Shown here: positions 1 to 13,067 of the stretch, in pieces
Position numbering within the stretch: position 1 is the first letter of the stretch
Layout of the letters: each line of letters starts with the position of its first letter
Assembly: GCF_009914755.1 (NCBI RefSeq)
Contig: NC_060929.1
Origin: the human T2T-CHM13v2.0 reference genome, Homo sapiens
Reading direction: 5' to 3' (one strand)
Length of the DNA stretch: 64,000 nt
Program-made: the position numbers and the translations under genes
Notes under the pieces: generated by a model
Told to the model about the DNA's origin: nothing
The model's input: the letters and a program-made list of their open reading frames with translations, nothing else
The model's database searches: none

Positions 1-1850
1 TAAAACTTCTATGGAGGAAATTCTAAAACTTTAACATCAGGCATAAATGGAAACTTAAATGAATGGGAACATATACCATGTTGGTAGATGAAAAAAATTC
101 AGTTTCATAAAAATGTCTGTTCTCACTAAATTATTTCTATAAATTCAATTCCACTAGAAATTCCATGAAGGTTGTTAACAGAACTTGACAATGTGACCCT
201 ATAATTCACATGTAAAAGAAAAGACTGAAAATAAGATACTTTTTAAGAAGATGAACAAGGTGGAACGATTTATCCTAACAGCCATCATCCTATTATAAAG
301 CTATGATAATTTAGATGGCATAATATTGTCATAGAGATAAACAAATCAACCACACAGAATAGGGAACCCAGAAACAGAACCACGTATATATGGCAATTTG
401 GTACTGAATATTGTTGGTACGCTATATTAGAAAGTTGGCAATACAAATCATTGAGGAAACGAAAAGTTATTTTCATAATGATACTGAGAAAATTAGTTAC
501 ATACGGAAAAAAAATTAGACCATCTCGCAAAATAAACTCCAGGTGGATTTTTAAAACTTAAGGCTAGAAAGCAAAATTGTAACATTTTTAGAAGAAAAAA
601 TGAAAATTAACCATATGACATCAAAATAGGAAAAGCTTTCTTAAGACCCAAAAAAGTAGAAGCCTTAAAGGGAAAGGCCAAAAATATTTACACAGTAAGT
701 TTTGAAACCTCTATAAATAGATACATCACAAAGTAAAAAGATAAACCACAAAATGGTACAAGTTTACAATGCATATGACCAAACATGAATGATTATAAAA
801 AAATGAAATAAAAAAGAAAAAGGTAAAAACAAAAGAAATGAAATGTAAATGGACAATAAACATACGAAAGGTTGTTCATCCTCACTATTAGGGAAATGCA
901 AATGAAAATAAAACAACATTTCACATTATATTCTAATAATATTAAGTATAAGCAAGTATATGAGGAAAAGGAAATCTTACCCACTGCTGGTGAAACATAA
1001 ATTGGTATTGCTACTTTGGGGAATGACTGGCTACATCAGGCAAAGTTGATAATGATTACAACCAACAAGCACACACCCTAAAGAAACTTTTACACACACC
1101 TGGCAAAGGAACAAGGATAAAAGTGTTCCTTACAGCATTGTTTTAACATTTAATACCTAGAAATAGACTAAACATCTGTAAATAAGTGAATAAATAAAAT
1201 GCAGTACATTCATATAATAAAACACTGAGAAAAGGATACTATGTGTATCACTGTAGGTAAATCTCAAAAACAGAATGCTGAGTAAAAAAACAAGCTCCAG
1301 AATGTGTACAGCATGATATGATTTATGTTAAGTTTAAGAATATGCAAACAATAGTATACACCAGAACTCTCTGCAATAATGAAAATGGTCAGTATCTGCA
1401 TTGTCTAATACAGCAGCCTCTAGCGATATGTGGATATTAAAGAATATTAAACACTTATAATGTGGCTAGTACTCCAAAGAAACTGAATGTGTTTTCTTTT
1501 AATTAATTTAAATAGCCACATGTGGCTATAGCAGATACCATACTGGTAGAGCAGGTATATAAATTTATGAATACATAAATATAAATACATACAATCAAAT
1601 ATATAAAGCTGGAGGAAGAATACATACCAACTTCAGGAAAGTGGTTATCTCTGGAGAAGTAAAATGAGACAGAATGGGATGTGAAGGAACTCAAGAGTCT
1701 TTATGAACACTTATTTCTTTACAACAAAAATAAATATAAAGCAAACATGTCAAAATACTTAACATTGTTAAATTTGGTTAAAATATTGTTAATATTGGTT
1801 AGTCTGCTTTTTCAGTATGTTTGAAATTTTTCCCTATTTAAAATTTTTAA
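1..1850 (+). mobile_element. Old, degenerate L1M (L1MC/ME-type) ORF2 3' end and 3'UTR, interrupted by MER3
   Basis: A-rich, with decayed L1 ORF2 motifs (ataccatgttgg; aattagaccatctcgcaaaataaactccaggtggatt; agggaaatgcaaatgaaa; gctggtgaaacataaattggta). Boundaries approximate. Confidence 0.75.
1361..1553 (+). mobile_element. MER3 (hAT-Charlie MITE)
   Basis: agaactctctgcaataatgaaaatg...aatgtggctagt...aattaatttaaatagccacatgtggcta...ctggtagagcag matches the MER3 consensus layout. Confidence 0.75.
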
Positions 1851-3557
1851 TATTTCCTATTTTAAATGTTTTATTTTCATTTCTTTGAAGCATTTCCTTT
1901 TTAAAATATTTAAATAACTTTTTGAAAGTAAACTGTATTTAAATCTTTATACCTGTAGAGCTAAACCCAAGAGATCAACTATCTTATGTATAGTCTCGAT
2001 GAATATGTAAAACATTGAGAAAATAAGAAACTAGAGCAAAAAAAATGATACAATATGCTTGTAGAGTTCCTAATTTATGTGATGTTTTACAATTAATTTT
2101 CAAAGATCCAACCAAAATATCTAAAAATGTGTTATTTTACTTAGATTGTAAATAGAATGGAGACAAACGTGAATTTATCTTACAGGTAAGTTAGAACGAT
2201 TAAAAATACATTAAATAAAATACTGAAAATAGCACTGGACCCAGGGTCATGGCAGTTTTTATTAACTTTCTAGTACCAGTTTATATTAACTTTGTGTGTT
2301 CTATTTATCTAGGTTTCCTCATTCGTACAGGCTGAACTAAAGAGTCTCTGATTTCACTGCAATTCTTTTAAGTTTAGAACTTTTAATCAAGTTTCATTTA
2401 TTCTTTCAAATGCATATGTAATAAGTTATTTAGGATAATCATTCCTTTGTATCAAAGTGTCAAAACTCTGCACATCTGAAATCCATATTCCCTTAGTGGC
2501 ATCTAACTCCTCCTCCTTGCCCATAGAAAAGACAGAAAAAGAAAGAAGAAAGTAAATACATGATCGGCTAGTCAATGATCCATGGTTCTCAAAGAACCTC
2601 ATTTTTCAAAAATGGAAGCTTTTCTACTAGCTTTTTGTGACTTTTAATGGGTCTTATAATCAACACATAAAATCCTCCAGCTATTTTCTTTTAGATATCC
2701 CAAGACTCTGGAGAGAAAACTGATTCTCTATATAAGTTGCATCTTTGCTCACATTAATGTTTTTAATTCACAAAAATCTAAAACATATATTAGCCAGGAA
2801 CATCAATTCATTCAGTGTTCTCTCCAAGTTATCATGCAGCCAAAGAATGCGGAAGAATTAGGTCTCTCTGTGCTATTCATCCATACAACTCTTAGTTACA
2901 TCACTCAGTGTATGACAGAAATGCCAAGATTGGAGAAGTTTGATTGTTTATTATTGTTCTAACTGACCTGCACAACTGTTATTACATAATAAGGCTTTGG
3001 GTTAAATTATTTTGGATGGTGGTATAAATGACAGGAAATGGCAGTAATTCTCTTCTACTTGTTAATTTTTTTGGCAAAATTATTGAGACATTCCTGACCT
3101 CTATCACCTTTCATAAAATATACATACAACTTAAATTCATGTGATGCTTAATTTTATGTGTCAATTTGAATGGGGCCACAGAGTGCTAAGATTAAACATT
3201 GCTTCTGAGTGTGTCTGTGAGGGCATTTCTAGATGAGATTAGCATTTGAATCAGTAGACTCAGTAAAGTACATTGCCCTCCCCAATGTGGTTGGCCATCA
3301 TCCAATTAATTGAAGGCCTGAATAAAACAAAAGGTGAAAGAAGGAAGAATTCACAGCTTTCTGCTTCCTGCCTGCCTGTTTGAGCTAGAACGTGGGTCTT
3401 CTCCTGCTGCTGGACTGGGATTTACACCATCAGCTCACCTGGTTCTCAGTCCTTCAGATTCAGAATCACGTTACACCACCAGCTTTCCTAGGTCTCTAGC
3501 TTGCAAGGAGCAGATCACAGGACTTCTCTGCTAATTCCTCAGAATAAATGTTCCTTA

Positions 3558-5043
3558 CAGTCAGGTGCTACTTAACAATATTTAGGTAATGATGGATCTC
3601 ATATATGACTGTGGTCTCAAAAGATTATATGGAACTGAAAAATTCCAATTGCCTAGTGACACTGTAGCCATCATAATGTACTACATACAATTATGTACAG
3701 CAGGGGTCCCCAAATCCCAAGCCATGGACCAGTACCAGTCTGTCACCTGTTAGGAACTGGGCCGCAAAGCAGGAGGTTAGCAGCTGGCAAGCAAGCTTTA
3801 TCACCTGAGCTCCACCTCCTGTCATATCAGCAGTAGCATTAGATTCTTACAGGAGCACAAACCCTATTGTGAACTATGCATGCGAGGGATCTAGACTGCA
3901 CACTCCTCATGAGAATCTAATGCCTGATTATCTGAGGTGGAACAGTTTCATCTCAAAACCATGCCCCATCATCCCTGGTCCACAGAATAATTGTCTTCCA
4001 CGTTTAGGTCCCTGGTGCCAAAAAGGTTGGGGACCACTGATATATAGTACATAGTACTTGATAATGATAATAAATGACTATGTTACTGGCTTATGTATCA
4101 ACTAATACTAGACTTTTTATTGTTATTTTACAGTGTGCTCCTTCAGGAGCCTCAGGCAAGTCCTTCAGGAGATATTCCAAAAGAAGGCATTATTATCATA
4201 GAAGATGACAGCTCCATGCATGTTATTGCCCTTGAAGAGCTCCCAGTGGGACAAGATGTGGGATGGAAGACAACGATATTGATGATCCTAACCATGGGTA
4301 GGACTAGGCTAATGTGTATTTGTATCTTAGTTTTTAATAAAAAAGTTTTAACAGTAAAAAAATTAAAAATAGGGGAAAAGCTCATAGAATAAGGAAATGA
4401 ATGACTTTTGTGCAGCTGTACAATGTGTTTATGTTTTAAGCTAAGTGTTACTGTGTTTTAAGCTGTTATTACAAAAGAGTCAAAATGTTTTTAAAAAGTT
4501 TATAAAGTAAAAACGTTAATTTATCAACTTTATTTAAAGTATTTATTAAAAAGGTTAATTTATTTTTGAAGGAAGAAAAGTATTTCTTTATAAATTTAGT
4601 ATAGCCTAAGTGTACAGTGCTTATAAAGTCTACAGTACTATACAGTAATGTCCGAAGTTTTCATATTCACTCACCACTCACTCACTGACTAACCCAGAGC
4701 AACTTCCAGTCCTGCAAGCTCCACTCACAGTAAGTGCCCTATATAGGTGTACCATTTTTTATCTTTTATGCTGTATTTTTATCGTAGTTTTTCTATGTTT
4801 TGATACACAAATAATTACCATTGTGTTACAAGTGTCTACAGTACTAAGCACATTAACATGCTGTTTGTACACTGTACAGGTTTGTAGTCTAGGAGCAACA
4901 GGCTAAACCATATAGCTTAGGTGTGTAGTAGGCTATACCATGTAGGTTTGCGTAAGTATACTCTATGCTGTTCACACAAGGACAAAGTCACCTAATGACA
5001 CATTTTTCAGGAAATATCCCCATTTTTGAGCAACACATGACTG
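3558..5043 (-). mobile_element. Tigger3b-like TcMar-Tigger DNA transposon, containing MER1B
   Basis: TIR ends CAGTCA...TGACTG with TA duplications at 3556-3557 and 5044-5045; internal cactcaccactcactcactgactaacccagagcaacttccagtcctgcaagctcca is typical of Tigger3. Confidence 0.85.
3701..4039 (+). mobile_element. MER1B (hAT-Charlie)
   Basis: Ends caggggtcccc...ggggaccactg, 339 bp; imperfect 8-bp TSD atgtacag (3693-3700) / atatatag (4040-4047). Confidence 0.85.
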
Positions 5044-5106
5044 TATATCCTGTTGGTTCTGTTTCTCTTGAGAACTTTCACTAACACAGTTAACAAACGT
5101 TTCCTG

Positions 5107-5904
5107 TAGACATACAAGCAGCCAACAAACATATGAAAAATTCTCAACATCACTAATCATCAGAGAAAGGCAAATCAAAACCACAGTGAGATGCCATCTC
5201 ATACAAGTCAGAATGGCGATTATTGAAGAGTAAAAAAACAACAGATGCTGGTGAGGCTGCAGAGAAAAGGGAATTTTTATACACTGTTAGAGAAAATGTA
5301 AATTACTTCAGCCACTGTGGAAAGCAGTTTGGAGACTTCTCAAAAATCTTAAAACAGAATTACCATTGAACCTAGCAATCCCATTACTGGGTATATATCC
5401 AGAAGAAAATAAACTGTTCTACCAAAAAGACACATGTACTTGTATGTTCATCGCAGCACCATCCACAATATCAAAGACATGGAATCAACCTAGTTACCTA
5501 CCAATAGTGAATTGGATAAAGAAAATGTGGTATATACATACCATGGAATACTATGCAGTCATAAAAAAGAAGAAAATCAAATCCTTTGTAACAACATGGA
5601 GGTCATTATCCCAAGTGAATTAAGGCAGGAACAGAAAAACAAACACTATATATTCTCACTTATAAGTGGGAGCTAAACAATGGGTACTCATGGACATAAA
5701 GACAGCAACAATAGACACTGAGGACTACCAGAGGGGAGAGAGAAGGCAGGGGGCAAAAGCTGAAAAGCTAACTACTGGGTACTATGCTCATTACCCGGTT
5801 GACAGGATCAATCACATCCCAAACCTCAGCATCATGCAATAAACCCAGGTAACAAACTTGCACATGTAACCCTGAATCTAAAATAAAAGATGAAATTATT
5901 CTTT
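5107..5904 (+). mobile_element. 5'-truncated L1 (L1PA15/16-like)
   Basis: ORF2 C-terminal peptide (AIPLLGIYP...WIKKMWYIHTMEYYA) plus 3'UTR gggtactatgctcattacc...aaacctcagcatcatgcaa; candidate TSD aacgtttcctg (5096-5106) / aatgtctcctg (5905-5915). Confidence 0.85.
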
Positions 5905-6178
5905 AATGTCTCCTGGAATTAATTAGCTTCCCAACATTAATAAGGCAATATTTTTCTTACTAAACATAAGTACTATTTTTAGCACATGGGAAGATTCAAG
6001 CTTGTAAAGTACAAGGGAACAGAATCCCCCCTACCCAAAAAGGAAAAAGCATTTTATGTTTCATTAATTCTAATTACAATAGTTGACCCTCAGGAGAACA
6101 CCATAAACCAGGATTTGATAGATAGGATTACAGTGTAGTTCAGTATATAATTACAATGCAGTCTGAAACACAACTTAC

Positions 6179-6219
6179 CTTTCATGTTCTATTATATATT
6201 CAAAGTCAGCATAACACTG
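6179..6219 (-). other. Weak candidate small non-coding exon of the minus-strand gene
   Basis: Consensus donor AAG|GTAAGT at 6179/6178; only a moderate NAGNAG acceptor (atttaacatccag|cag). Confidence 0.2.
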
Positions 6220-7589
6220 CTGGATGTTAAATACAGGACTACTTACAGGAACACTTGTTTTAAGTCCAAGAATTGAGAGGAAAAAGAGAAAAAAATTTTT
6301 CAATTGGTATTTCTAGTAACACCCAATGCTGCATACTCCATTCCAACTACTAAACATGCAATAAATTGTTACTCTTTGATAAACCTAAATCCAAATGAAA
6401 AAGGAAACATGAATATAAGCTACACTATCCTCATGATTAAAGCATACAGCTCAAAGACATACATTTTTCTTCCTCCAGCTTCCAACCTGCCAAAGGATTT
6501 TTACCTCCAGCACCCATTAAACATGAAATTCATTCAGGGAGCTCTATGAGTGATAAAGTAAAAGCTGCTGTCAGAAAGTCTGGCCAGTTTCCCCTGCAAA
6601 TCTAGGAGAAAGACTGAGAGTATGTAAGCGCTGACATTATTTATAAATTACTTGCCATTCAGCAATCAATAAGAACTTAAGTATTATTAACATATCTCTT
6701 TTATTTCACTTAAGAAAAGCATTTTAGTTGGAGCAATTCTTGCTGATGCACTGAATCTGTACTTGAGGAAACAGATCTAATATTATACAAGAGTATAATT
6801 AGGAATCAAAAAGGCTAACCAATTAATTTTTTAGAACTTTAAGCTGATATTTAAGCTTTGCTTATGAAAGAAATGAAGAAAAGGAGAATATTGTTATTTC
6901 ATGAAACCAAAATATCCTTTTTAAAAATGTTTTAAATTTCTTATAAGCTCTGTGATTCAAACAGTATAAATAGTCCATGTAACAAAGCAAAATTTAAAGT
7001 GAAGTTAATGGGTTCCCTCTATAAGGTTAAATTTCAACAAAAGTAAAAACATCAATAAGAAATAATATAAATTTTTAATGCTTTAATGCTTCCATTGATA
7101 TCTTAAGGGAAGAACTTTATTTGGCAAGCTTCTTAGTTCCCAAAGTCATATTTTCCTACTTTTCAAGCAAAGAAACACTATATATAATAAAGTGACATGT
7201 GTAAAGAGATAATTTAGCATATGGACTTATTCCACTGATTTTAAGTGTATGAAGTGAAACTGTGGGTTTTGTTCTCTAATCTTTAACATTATTTTTTTAA
7301 ATTGATTTCAAATCATTCTTTATTATATCAAAATTGCTTAAGTTTACCTAGCTAATTATGGGTGGGATAGTTACTCCTGACCATAATTGTATCAAAACTC
7401 TTACACTAGAACCCTGTGATATATAAGATATCTGTAATAATGTTATAGATTACTAATGGTAGTTCTCCACTTCTTTTCATCATTCAAATATGTACCATCA
7501 TTACTTTTTCTATTTCTCTCAAATGTGAGTTCTCATAAGATCACATACCTCTCCTTAGTGTTTATGGCTGTTTTAATTTTTAAACTTAA

Positions 7590-7745
7590 TTTTGAAATTA
7601 TTTGATTAACATCTATCTCTTCTACTAGACTATAAGCAAGGACAGAAACCATGTCTATTTTTACATTTACTTTATCCTCAACATCTAGCATAGTGTCTGG
7701 CTTGGAATATGTGATCAATAAATATGTGCTAATCGATGGATAATA
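7590..7745 (+). mobile_element. L2 3' end
   Basis: ctagactataagc...tctagcatagtgtctggc...caataaatatgtgctaa. Confidence 0.65.
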
Positions 7746-8574
7746 TTAACAATAAATGGTGATTTTTTCCCTTCACTTTCAGAAAATCTTTCCTGTCTGC
7801 AGTATAAATTGGGCCTTAATAAATAGATGATTGAATAGAGATAATGCCAGAAGATCTTTCTCACATGCAGCTGTACATCCAAGAAACATAACATTTTTGT
7901 CTCTTTTTTATATCATTTTTACTTATTTATGGTTAAACATAAGGTAATAAACTGAAAACAGAGTACATCCCTTATCAATATCTACAACCAATGAAGACTT
8001 CAAGGATCTGCTGAAAAGGTACATAGTAAGAACAGAAATTAATAACCATGTAACCAACAAACTGATGGCCAAGTTTTCATAGTTAATATGGTCAAATATT
8101 GGAGCAAAGACAATTTGTGCCTGACACAAATAACTGCGCAAAAAATGAATGAATGAAGTCTTCTCCTCAAAAGGAACTACTTCTTGTTATGCCTACTGCA
8201 GTATTTTTCAACATCCAGACAAAATGTGTATGTGCATTTTATATATACTCCACACAAACACACTTACAGAGTGTTTTCAAAGGAAGTAAACAAGGTCAAA
8301 AGGTAAGATTACAAGACTCTAACCTGAAGGGAATTTTAAATATAAGGACAAACATGACCTGAAATCTATGGCCCATATTAAACTTCTCTCTAATCCTCTG
8401 ACAACAGACAAAACAGTTGACCTTTCTGAAGTGTTCTCACCCTTTCTAATAAAGAGTATGGTTGATATCTCTCATATTAATGTAAAAAGAAATAATAATA
8501 AATAACTTACATTTGTACTGTTTTTCTTTATATCCCTTCCCATTCTAAAGAAAGTATTTTAGATGGTATATTAA

Positions 8575-8800
8575 ACAGTACTTTATAATTTACAAGGCAC
8601 TTCCACATAAATTCTCATTTAAGCTACACAACAACCCTATAAGTTATATAAGTAAGTATAATACTGTTAGCCCTATTTTACAAACGAGAACATTAATGGC
8701 CAAAAAAGTTAAGTGAACTGTCAGAGATACAAAACTAATAAGCAGAAAATCCAAGACCGTAACCCAGATGTTCTGACTCTTCATCTTTTCATTGTACCAC
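8575..8800 (-). mobile_element. MIR SINE
   Basis: ctcattta...acaacaaccctata...ccctattttacaaacgag...aagttaagtgaactg...aacccagatgttctgactct (reverse MIR core). Confidence 0.7.
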
Positions 8801-10043
8801 AAACAGTAATGTAAAGTTAGAGGTATTTAAAATACATAGTGGCAACACCAAATATTAAACTAGCAGTGTATTTCTGTGAGTTTAGAAACTAGGACAGAAT
8901 AATCTGAGTCTTTTATATTATCAGAAAAGAAATATCACTATTTCATTTGGAATATTACATTTCTTCTTCCACCATGCAATGCACTAGTCAACAATAAATT
9001 TACTAGAATGGCACCTATTAACCAGACTCAAAAATAAATCTAACAGCAGATTCACTCAATTACACAGTTAATACAAACTATTATATAGTTTTTATTGAAG
9101 AATAAAGATATTTTCCTGAATCTCTCACTGATAAAATGCAATCTTATCAATCAATTCACATTATTGTTTTATATATACTTCTCATAAAGTATGTTTGTCT
9201 TATTATCATCTTCCCTAAAACTCCAGTAAGATTTTTGTAGTTATCCTCAGGTTCAAAATGGAATAAGTAATTGTTTGATACTTTCTTGCTAAGTCTTTAA
9301 AGTACTATACAACTGCTGATGTATGTTTGTGCTGGCATTGTAGAGTAGAGCCTTGGGAATACAAAATCTGATTTCAGAGAAACCAGAATTTAGTTCAAAT
9401 AAAAGAGCCACTTTCTCCAGCTGATAAGACTTTTCCTGAAAGAAAAGCACCAAGTAAGAAACATGCTGGTGATATCTCCTGTTAGTTCTTTACAATCCTA
9501 ATCAAAACTTTTTTTTAATTTACTTCATTATATACTTCTCTTTTCACATTTTCTCCTGTTAGTTTAATTTTTGTTAGTTTTATTTGTTTGTTGTATGTCT
9601 CAGAGTATAATCACATTATTTCAATATACATTGTATTAGATATTTCAGACTAAAAAATATAACTATGTAATTGCAGAATATCCTCAAAGATCTCATTAGA
9701 AAGGGAAGCAAATTTTAAAAGAATGAAGTAGGTACTTTTCTTACAGATTTACAATGTTACTAAGCAATAATAATCAGGTAACACCATCAGTCATATATGC
9801 ATGCCATAAAACTTTAATGTAATAACTAATCACATTTATTTATATTCTTATCAGAAGAGTTGAATGATATAAACAAATTGGCCACCAATACTTTTATGCC
9901 ATATTCTAGGGAAAACTGGGTTAAAGTAGGAAGAATGAGACTATGTGGGTGACCTATTACATACCACTTTTTGTAGTTTACAAACTTGAATAAGTTTCAA
10001 CTAGAAGGAAAAATAAGATTAAAAAAACCATTCATTATCTGGA

Positions 10044-10170
10044 TTTCTTTTTTCAAAGAGACAAGGTCTTGATATGTTGCCCAAGCTGGCCTTGATCTTG
10101 GGGCTTAAGCAATCCTCCCTCCTCAGCCTCTTGAGTAACTAGTACTAGAGGCATGTGCCACTGTGCCCAC
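10044..10170 (-). mobile_element. FLAM / Alu monomer
   Basis: T-tract then gagacaaggtcttgatatgttgcccaagctgg...gcaatcctccctcctcagcctc...gtgccactgtgccc. Confidence 0.8.
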
Positions 10171-10449
10171 CTTCTCTGAGATTTTTTGAATTATTATTAT
10201 TCAAAAGACCTCCACAATATATTACAGGCCTAAAATTACCTTTGAAATTTAGGCTCATGAGAACAAGAGTTTTTCAAAATTGCTTTTATGATAAATGTTA
10301 GTAATGTGATACAGACCTAGTGGTAAGTAGACCTAGTGTCTCCAGACCTGAGGCTGTGTAGAAACAGTAGAATGACCAATGAACTGCTCTTTTTCAATGT
10401 TATTAGACTGATGGTCTTACAATTGGTAGTGTATTGGATTACTACAATT

Positions 10450-10640
10450 CTGGCTTTATCTTTGTATGGAACCTTACAGTTTCAACGTATTTTCACAATG
10501 ATGATTTCACTCAATTCTTTCAATAACCCTTTCAGGGAGATAAGATCCCCATTTTACAGATAAGAAAGCAGGGACTAAGGGATTTTCCAAAGATCATACA
10601 ATTTCAGAAATAAGATATGAACCCAGATTTTTTATTTCCA
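10450..10640 (-). mobile_element. MIR SINE
   Basis: atccccattttacagataagaaagcaggg...tttccaaagatcataca...atgaacccag. Confidence 0.65.
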
Positions 10641-13067
10641 AGATGATACATTTGCCTTCATCTGTACTTCAGTTTCTTTATATTTAAAATGGTAACAATT
10701 ATATCTATGTGACACAGATATAATTACATTTCTCATTTAATCTTCAACTATTTAGTATCAATTATGACAGATAATACTAAATAATATGCATTTTGAAAGC
10801 ATTTTGGTATTTAAGTATATAAAAACAAAACCACCATTTCCACATAATATAGGGTGGTAGCAGTAAAGAAACTGGTCAGGTCTGAAAGGGGACTGATGTC
10901 AAAGCTGATAATTTCATCCACAGTATTATGCTCCTTCAGGCTTCCTAAGATGTACATCTAAGAGATCATCATGGTACAGACTGGTGAAGAAATTTATTAA
11001 AGTAGACTTAAAGTAGATTAACACAGTCTACCAGACTATTAAAAATTTTTAATTAAACACAATAAAAATCACTACACTTAAGTGGCCTCTTTCTGAGAGA
11101 TTAGAATCTAAAGTCAGCACATAAGAAAAATTTGCATATGGTCAAAATCCCTTAAGGCAATGTCATGTTGAAGACTGACATACTTTCTCTCATACCAGTT
11201 ATCTTTTTACTTTGGTTGTGTACTAGATGAATTAGTTGGCTTGTATTTCATACTGTATATAAAAAAAATACATAACTTTAAACCCTAGAAACACACTCAG
11301 CCTAGCACACATAAAAGAACTGAGACTGACAGGAATAGCAGATTTACATCTCACATTCATTCCAGGGCACACATTCATTGAGCGAAATATTTTAACTTCT
11401 CTTTCTTTTTGGCCAAATCTTTATATGCATATGTATTTAAGTAAAGCAAATGTATGATATGACTCCACTGTGTAAATCATTAAAATAGAAAACATAAAGA
11501 TATATAGCCACACTAATATTCACATACGTGGGAATATATCTCAAATAATTGCCCACACTGCATGATGCTGAAAGGACCCTTAATTTCTATTTCTACACTG
11601 TATGTTTTGGTAATAACTTAGTTGTCAGTGTATACATAACCCCCATCAAAGAATGTGAAAGTATATATAAGTGTATATTAAATTTTCCAAAGGATATTTC
11701 CAAAGGACCTCTAAAACAATGCTTCTATTTAGACATGCATGTTAGAATCACCATGTCTGCTGCTATTGCCCAGTAATTCTTAATGTTTAACAAAAAGAAA
11801 AATATCCAACTTGATTCCAAGAAATGTGTGATCTTCTACAGAAAAAAAATTCTGCAACAACTGCTACTACACATTTTCAACATAACACTTAAAATACAAT
11901 ATACTGTGTTTGAAAAATTAGACAAAATAACATTTAAGAAGTCTAAACTAAAAGAAAGAAATTCTAGAATATTACTCATCTATGATGACTCAGTATAAAC
12001 TGACATTTCTCCTAGCAGAGGTTTTTAAAAATCCTCTCTATTTATGGAAAGACAGTTAAGCATCACAGTATCTAAGGTCTCAATGTTAAGAATCAGAGAG
12101 CTTTAAAAAGACAAATTCACATTCACTACTATTTTCAGTAATATATAGATCCTATTAAATTCCATGTAAATCACATAAATCAAAGAGAAAAATATGATCT
12201 ACCTATTTAAAAACTGAACTACACGCATACCTATTATTGTAATAGTTTCCACATGCTTAAAACTAAAGTTTGCTTAAATTTTAGTTTTTAATAGTCAGGA
12301 TTAGTTGTTTACTTTTGCATCTTTGAAGCCTGGAAATATATTTGTTTTGGTTACTCTCCACTTTTTTGTTAATGAACACTTCCATATTGTGCTCTTTTTG
12401 AAGAACACCAAATCCACTTCAAAAAGCTGTCAAATCCACAGTCCCATTTTCACATACTGACAATGCTCAATTACTCAAAGAAACATTCCTTTAAAAGTAG
12501 ACTAATCACTGAAATTTTAATAAGCTCAAACAAAAAATATATAATTTTATTTTATTAATAGTGTCCTTTTTCACTCAACAAGAGGAAGTATACAGGTTTT
12601 ACTGAATGAAGAATGACTTTATCTGAATTAGAAAGTATTTAATCTAGGACCAGATTTTCAACCTATAAACTCCAGGAAATTTTTCAAGAGAAGTATGGCC
12701 TGTTCTCAAGTAGATTTGTACCAGATATGGTAGAGACTCTAATGAATCCAAATAAATTCTCGTCTTCCATCAAAAACAAAACAAAGGAAATTATTTAAAT
12801 GAGCAAAAGGAAGGTGATAGACACAGCTGAAAAAACAGAATAATATAGTACTCCCCTTCTGTGACCATATAAAATACAGCTTCTACATATTGCAAGCCTC
12901 CCCCCAAAGAAAGCTGTGATTTTTCTATTTCTTTGACCAAAATAAGAATTAAAATTACAAAATGAAGCACTTAGAAACATCACAATACTTCATCAATAAA
13001 CAGATGAGATAATACTTACATTTTACATGTTGTATTCCCTAAACACCCACTAAGAGTCAATGGTATA

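Larger units (their letters stand above)
3140..5088 (+). mobile_element. MLT2B-type ERVL LTR, split by Tigger3b (LTR parts 3140-3557 and 5044-5088)
   Basis: Starts tgtgatgcttaattttatgtgtcaa; has gagattagcatttgaatcagtagact; ends tatcctgttggttctgtttctcttgagaactttcactaacaca. Confidence 0.8.

Noticed and set aside
12231-12329. Minus-strand 99-nt exon candidate (ttccag|...TAG|GTATGC)
   Set aside because: Weak pyrimidine tract and stops in all frames; not distinguishable from a pseudo-exon.
12394-12426. 10-bp stem hairpin ctttttgaag...cttcaaaaag
   Set aside because: Too short for a pre-miRNA and expected by chance in AT-rich DNA; no known miRNA was recognised in the window.
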